IMG/VR virus record: IMGVR_UViG_3300033489_000033
Span: 1-36,908 of that record
Direction: 5' to 3' (one strand)
Length of the DNA stretch: 36,908 bases
DNA from: a virus
Lineage: Duplodnaviria; Caudoviricetes
The notes under the pieces are model-generated. The model saw only the letters and a program-made list of their open reading frames with translations. It was not told the DNA's origin and searched no databases. Shown one piece after another: positions 33,125-36,908 of the stretch (positions within the stretch are counted from its first letter, which is position 1; every line of letters begins with the position of its first letter). A program made the translations under genes and the position numbers.

Positions 33125-34051
33125 TTAGAGCCGCCAGTTGGCGACGGGTGAGGCTTGACGGTGGGCAGCCTCCACATCGGTTTGGGCGATAGCCAGGTAG
33201 CGTTTCACCATGTCCAATGTGGAGTGGCCCAAGATACGCTGCAGTGTGTAAATATCGCCGTGGTTGCGCAGGTAGTTGATCGCAAACGTGTGGCGGAAGC
33301 GATGAACATTTGCTGCGCGAACGTCTGCACGCTTGGCGATGCCGACGATGAGATGATTCAGCCCCTCGCGGTTCAGCTCGTTCCCCGATTGCGCCGCGAC
33401 GAACAAAGGGTGATTGATAGCTTCGTTCGGCCGCTCGGTGAGATAGCGCCAGATCGCCTGGCTGGTGGCGGGCGAGATCGGAATCACTCGCTCTTTGGCG
33501 CCCTTGCCAAAGACTATGATGGTGCGTGTCTTGAGGTCCACGTCGGCGATGCGCAGCGTGCACAGCTCGCTGGCTCGCATGCCTGTGTCTACAAGCACCA
33601 GCAGGATCGCGCGATTGCGCGCCGCCGTGCGGATGGTATGCACCGACTCGATCTTGCCAGGCCGGATGTAGGGGCGCGACTTGTCGAGCGCGCCGAGCAT
33701 CGCCTTGATCTCGTCTTTGGTGTAGGGCACGATGGCGCGCTCCTCCGGACGCGGCGGCGGGATGCGCCGGATGATGTTTTCGGACGCAAGCCTTTCGCGC
33801 TCAGCCCATTTCCAAAGCGACGACAGTGCGGCATGGTAGTGATGCAGCGTCTTGTTGCTGAGCGTCGAGAGGCTGGCCAGAAATTCGGTGGCGTGGAGAT
33901 GCGTGATCTCGGCGATGGGCGGATCTGCCGGCAGATACGTTTTGAAGCGTTTGAAGATCTTGGTATAGCCGGTGATGGTGTCCTGGCTGAGCCGCCGCGC
34001 ATTCGCATCGAGCAGGTATCCTTCGATGGCTTGACTGAGAGTGACTGGCAT
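33125..34051 (-). CDS. int: Tyrosine integrase (XerC/D-like)
   Basis: Full catalytic set: TGMR, GKG, HRFRH, LGH, Y. Confidence 0.95.
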   Translation of the reverse strand: MPVTLSQAIEGYLLDANARRLSQDTITGYTKIFKRFKTYLPADPPIAEITHLHATEFLASLSTLSNKTLHHYHAALSSLWKWAERERLASENIIRRIPPPRPEERAIVPYTKDEIKAMLGALDKSRPYIRPGKIESVHTIRTAARNRAILLVLVDTGMRASELCTLRIADVDLKTRTIIVFGKGAKERVIPISPATSQAIWRYLTERPNEAINHPLFVAAQSGNELNREGLNHLIVGIAKRADVRAANVHRFRHTFAINYLRNHGDIYTLQRILGHSTLDMVKRYLAIAQTDVEAAHRQASPVANWRL

Positions 34052-34085
34052 TTTTATGACCTCCGGTCTGTGTGGGCCAGTACGG

Positions 34086-34103
34086 ATAATAGAACATCTG
34101 TAC
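34086..34103 (-). promoter_or_regulatory. LexA-like box abutting the -10 of int
   Basis: Minus strand GTAC-agat-GTTC-TATTAT. Confidence 0.6.
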
Positions 34104-34244
34104 TGGTAATGATAAACGGGCTTTTTTTGAAAATGACCGAAGGCAATTCACTTGGCGGTTGGTCGAGGTGATTTTGACGGACCGCCGAACCGACCCGCAC
34201 AAGGTGGGGGAATGGCGCATGTCTTGTGATCGGTGGTCAGGAAA

Positions 34245-34288
34245 GTGAGCCGCACAGGACTCGAACCTGTAACCAAGGGATTAAGAGT
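34245..34288 (-). other. attP core: 3' half of tRNA-Lys(CTT)
   Basis: Minus strand ACTCTTAATCCCTTGGTTACAGGTTCGAGTCCTGTGCGGCTCAC; anticodon loop, T-arm and acceptor 3' strand only. Confidence 0.88.
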
Positions 34289-34324
34289 TGAGAGGTTGCT
34301 TACCCCTTACCCCTCGCCAAGCTA

Positions 34325-34350
34325 CCAGCCGAAACCGGCTGGTTTTTTGT
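34325..34350 (+). terminator. Intrinsic terminator beside attP
   Basis: CCAGCCG-aaac-CGGCTGG-TTTTTT. Confidence 0.65.
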
Positions 34351-34461
34351 TGCCTGGTTGCTTGGATTTACTTGGCGGCTGGTGGCTTGCCCGGCGGCGA
34401 AACCGGCCCGGTTGTGTGCCTTCGGTTGCCTCCTGAACACTGTGGCGATAATGCACCTACC

Positions 34462-35025
34462 TCAGCACCAGCGGCACACTCCGCCGTGGCGCGAGCACGT
34501 ACCTCTCCGATTCGCTGAAAAGCTGGTCGTGCCATCGCAACAAATGGCCATGGCGCCGATCACGCAACCTCCCGTAGCGGGCGCAGCAGTTGGCACACTG
34601 ACGATCACTGGCGTCCAGGTTGGCAACGGCAGAGTTGGGGCCGGTGTTCGGGTTGGGAGCGGCCGTGTGGGCGTCTTCGTCGGCGGAACGAGTGTTGCTG
34701 TTGGACGCGAAAGCGTTGGCGGTTCGGTAGAGATTGTGATGGCTTTGGACGTGACGGCGGGGATGATAGTGTTGCTGGGCGTAAGAGAGGGCGGAAGTGT
34801 GTTGGTTGGCTGAGGTGTATTGGATGGCTGTGGTGTATTGGTTGGAATTGGCGTACTGGACGAGATGGCTATTTCTGTGGCGCGAGATGCAGCCTTCGCT
34901 GTTGCGGTCGCTTTGTACGAGGGCGATGAACTGTTGATGAGACCGAATACAAAACAGCCTCCGCAGAGGAAGAGAGAAATTGACACCAGCACACCGAGGA
35001 TGATGAGTGGAGTCGGCCTCTTCAT
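34462..35025 (-). CDS. Membrane-anchored Pro/Thr-stalk protein with DUF3761-like Cys domain
   Basis: N-terminal TM; PTNTP repeats; AICCDGTTSFS...GTCSRHGGV. Confidence 0.8.
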   Translation of the reverse strand: MKRPTPLIILGVLVSISLFLCGGCFVFGLINSSSPSYKATATAKAASRATEIAISSSTPIPTNTPQPSNTPQPTNTLPPSLTPSNTIIPAVTSKAITISTEPPTLSRPTATLVPPTKTPTRPLPTRTPAPTLPLPTWTPVIVSVPTAAPATGGCVIGAMAICCDGTTSFSANRRGTCSRHGGVCRWC

Positions 35026-35034
35026 TGTATGCCT

Positions 35035-35199
35035 CTATGCCGCGCCGAGGATGAGCGGCTCGAACACGAACACCCAGCGCCGCGCCTGATAGCATGGCTG
35101 CCAGGCCACCCACTCAGCGAGCAGGAGCAGCTTTAGCTTCTGCCCCAGCGTCAGCCCTGCCCACGCCTCGCTGATTCTGTCGGAACAATTTCTCTGCAT
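35035..35199 (-). CDS. Small hypothetical protein
   Basis: Short ORF in the leftward operon overlapping the repressor 3' end. Confidence 0.35.
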   Translation of the reverse strand: MQRNCSDRISEAWAGLTLGQKLKLLLLAEWVAWQPCYQARRWVFVFEPLILGAA

Positions 35200-35506
35200 A
35201 GTTCGCCAGCTTTTGCTTGCCGTCGTCGTTGAGCGAATCGAGGATCGCCGCCAGGCGACGCTTGAGGGGATCCGGCCGGGGCAGGTCAACCAGATCATAG
35301 ATTTCGTCGCCGAGCTTGGCTATTCTGTCTGCGTAGGTCGCATTGGGAACAGCTTTACCCATTAGCCACCGACTGACTTGTGGCTGCGGGCAATCAAGAT
35401 AATCCGAAAACTCCGTGACAGTCCATCGCTTTCCGGTTTGTTTCTGCAGGTCCAGAAATTTGTCGTTCAGCCATTTTGCGATTTTGTCATTCATCTTTTT
35501 GCCCAC
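35114..35506 (-). CDS. CI-like HTH repressor (no S24 peptidase domain)
   Basis: TVTEFSDYLDCPQPQVSRWLMGKAVP HTH; divergent from cro. Confidence 0.8.
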   Translation of the reverse strand: MGKKMNDKIAKWLNDKFLDLQKQTGKRWTVTEFSDYLDCPQPQVSRWLMGKAVPNATYADRIAKLGDEIYDLVDLPRPDPLKRRLAAILDSLNDDGKQKLANYAEKLFRQNQRGVGRADAGAEAKAAPAR

Positions 35507-35513
35507 ACTTTAC

Positions 35514-35542
35514 ATTTTACGAGTTTATTACGGACTTGTCCA
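35514..35542 (-). promoter_or_regulatory. Leftward (repressor) promoter
   Basis: TGGACA-17-TAAAAT on the minus strand. Confidence 0.65.
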
Positions 35543-35548
35543 TACCCC

Positions 35549-35577
35549 TTGACAAATCTATGCCTTTGTGATATTCT
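35549..35577 (+). promoter_or_regulatory. Rightward lytic promoter
   Basis: TTGACA-17-TATTCT with TG extension. Confidence 0.75.
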
Positions 35578-35621
35578 ATGCTCGAACATGGATAATGCCT
35601 GGGCATAGCGAGGTGAAGGTT

Positions 35622-36017
35622 ATGAACGAAACAAACGGCGCAATCGGACAAATCATCGCAGCCTACCGCGCGGAAATCAGCGGCGGCAAAGGCTCACTCA
35701 CCTACCGCGAATTTGCCGCCAAACTCTCCGAAGGATTTAGCACTCCCATTCCGCACCAGTCCATTGAAGCCTGGGAAAAAGGCCGGTGGAACCCCGGCAT
35801 GCCCTTCCTGGACGGTATCGGCAGGATGACTTCCGACTGGCGGCACGACTTTGCGAGCGACCTGCTTGCAGCGTTATACCCGATGCGCTTCACGCCGACC
35901 GGCAAGATCGGCAAGCGTATCCTAATCCAAGAAGGTCAAGAATGTCCCAAGCAAGCCGAGGCCATGCCGGTCAATGGCAAGAAGGACACCGGCCTGCTCA
36001 GGCGCGAGGAGTCGTAA
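35622..36017 (+). CDS. Cro-like HTH protein
   Basis: LTYREFAAKL...HQSIEAWEKGRWNP. Confidence 0.75.
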   Translation: MNETNGAIGQIIAAYRAEISGGKGSLTYREFAAKLSEGFSTPIPHQSIEAWEKGRWNPGMPFLDGIGRMTSDWRHDFASDLLAALYPMRFTPTGKIGKRILIQEGQECPKQAEAMPVNGKKDTGLLRREES

Positions 36018-36019
36018 CC

Positions 36020-36196
36020 ATGGGGAATCATGGTTATGGCCTGGCGGTTGGCAAGCCACATCATCCTGTTCGCTCGTTTCAGAGCGCGCGAAAGCGGCGC
36101 AAGGGCTATGGACCATCTCCGATGGCAAAGGCATTGCCAGCTATCTCTACGCAGCAACTGATCCAGTGGCGGCGTCTGATACAACGCGGAGGGTGA
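36020..36196 (+). CDS. Small basic hypothetical protein
   Basis: GAGGAG RBS. Confidence 0.55.
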   Translation: MGNHGYGLAVGKPHHPVRSFQSARKRRKGYGPSPMAKALPAISTQQLIQWRRLIQRGG

Positions 36197-36201
36197 TCAC
36201 C

Positions 36202-36333
36202 ATGCACCTAATTCCGTTCCTCATAGGTTTCTTTATCGGTGGATGCTTCGGGTTGATGGCCGGTGCGATCCTGGCCGGCGCGCAGTGGGCGGATGAATGT
36301 AGCAAGTGCTTGTCGCGGAAGGCAGGCAAGTAG
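36202..36333 (+). CDS. Small single-TM protein
   Basis: GGAGG RBS; FLIGFFIGGCFGLMAGAIL. Confidence 0.6.
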   Translation: MHLIPFLIGFFIGGCFGLMAGAILAGAQWADECSKCLSRKAGK

Positions 36334-36335
36334 CC

Positions 36336-36584
36336 ATGTGTGATTGCGCCCCCCCAGTGCGCAAGGGTTCGACGATTCTTCTCTATGCCGACGCCACGGT
36401 GTGCGTGTCGAACATGCACCGGTACTGCGCCAGCCGTGGCGCCCGGCTCACCCGGTTTTACCATTGCGTGTCTCTTTCGTCTCTGCAACGGGTCGCGCGG
36501 CTGGGGCAGATTGCGAGGCACGATCTGTTTCCCTTCTGCACCCGGCACGGCGGGGTGCTGTTCTTGATCTCCTATACATTCTAA
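36336..36584 (+). CDS. Hypothetical Cys-rich protein
   Basis: C-terminus homologous to the frame at 1-45 (GxVLFxIxYTF*). Confidence 0.6.
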   Translation: MCDCAPPVRKGSTILLYADATVCVSNMHRYCASRGARLTRFYHCVSLSSLQRVARLGQIARHDLFPFCTRHGGVLFLISYTF

Positions 36585-36908
36585 GGAGGCTCGATGAGAC
36601 TCGTCGCAGATTTGAGTTACGTTGGCGACCCGGTCGGTCTGGAAGCCAATCTCAGCATCTCGGTGCTGAGCTGCCTGGCCGAGGACACGCGCTCGCCGGA
36701 GGACCGGCAGCGCGTGCAGCGGATGCTGTTCGAGTCGCCGGACGGCGAGCAGATGCTGGCGGCACTGGAAAGCAAGCTCGGCCTGGCGCTGGTCCCCGTC
36801 GAGCAAATATATTGAAAGGAGTGACCATGAACATCACGACGAACAATCAATTGGTATCGGTCAACATTGTGCTCAGTCCCGATGAAGCGTTGGATGCGAT
36901 CAAGGATC
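36540..36908 (+). repeat. Right copy of imperfect terminal direct repeat
   Basis: Aligns to 1-398. Confidence 0.95.
36594..36815 (+). CDS. Hypothetical protein (allele of 55..273)
   Basis: AAGGAGG RBS; near-identical to the first ORF. Confidence 0.8.
   Translation: MRLVADLSYVGDPVGLEANLSISVLSCLAEDTRSPEDRQRVQRMLFESPDGEQMLAALESKLGLALVPVEQIY

Larger units (their letters stand above)
1..36908. mobile_element. Temperate siphophage genome (HK97-type head), excised/circular form, ~36.5 kb
   Basis: Terminase, portal, protease, capsid, tail, lysis, integrase, attP and CI/Cro modules all present; terminal overlap. Confidence 0.95.

Noticed and set aside
33125-34051. Integron integrase IntI
   Set aside because: Lacks the IntI-specific insertion between patches II and III; sits beside a tRNA-type attP, far from the cassettes.
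34245-34320. Complete tRNA-Lys gene
   Set aside because: The 5' anticodon stem, D-arm and acceptor 5' strand are missing.

Overview
This window is an essentially complete ~36.5 kb temperate siphophage genome in excised (attP) form. It circularises through an exact 86-bp overlap (313-398 = 36823-36908), and bases 1-312 are a diverged allele of the opposite end. Modules: early/accessory genes (1-10 kb), replication (DnaA-domain-I initiator plus putative ori), lysis (holin, M23 peptidase), packaging (HNH, P27-type TerS, TerL, putative cos), HK97-type head, non-contractile tail with a -1 frameshifted chaperone, and lysogeny (tyrosine integrase, attP = 3' half of tRNA-Lys(CTT), CI/Cro switch). A Chloroflexota host is inferred, not proven, from the DnaA_N sequence style and GAAC-N4-GTTC-type LexA boxes. 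Most notable is a two-cassette integron-type array in the early region (3541-4189). It has well-formed attC hairpins with extrahelical bases and short spacers, appears inserted at a reconstructable G|AT target, and no IntI is encoded in the window. Other notable items: an intact but catalytically dead tyrosine recombinase followed by ~530 nt of dense hairpins; two glycosyltransferases and a methyltransferase within the virion genes; a stand-alone Gre-factor C-terminal domain; LexA-like boxes on the int and late promoters; a portal-MuF fusion; and several REP-like insertions. All calls come from motif recognition by eye; no searches were run.
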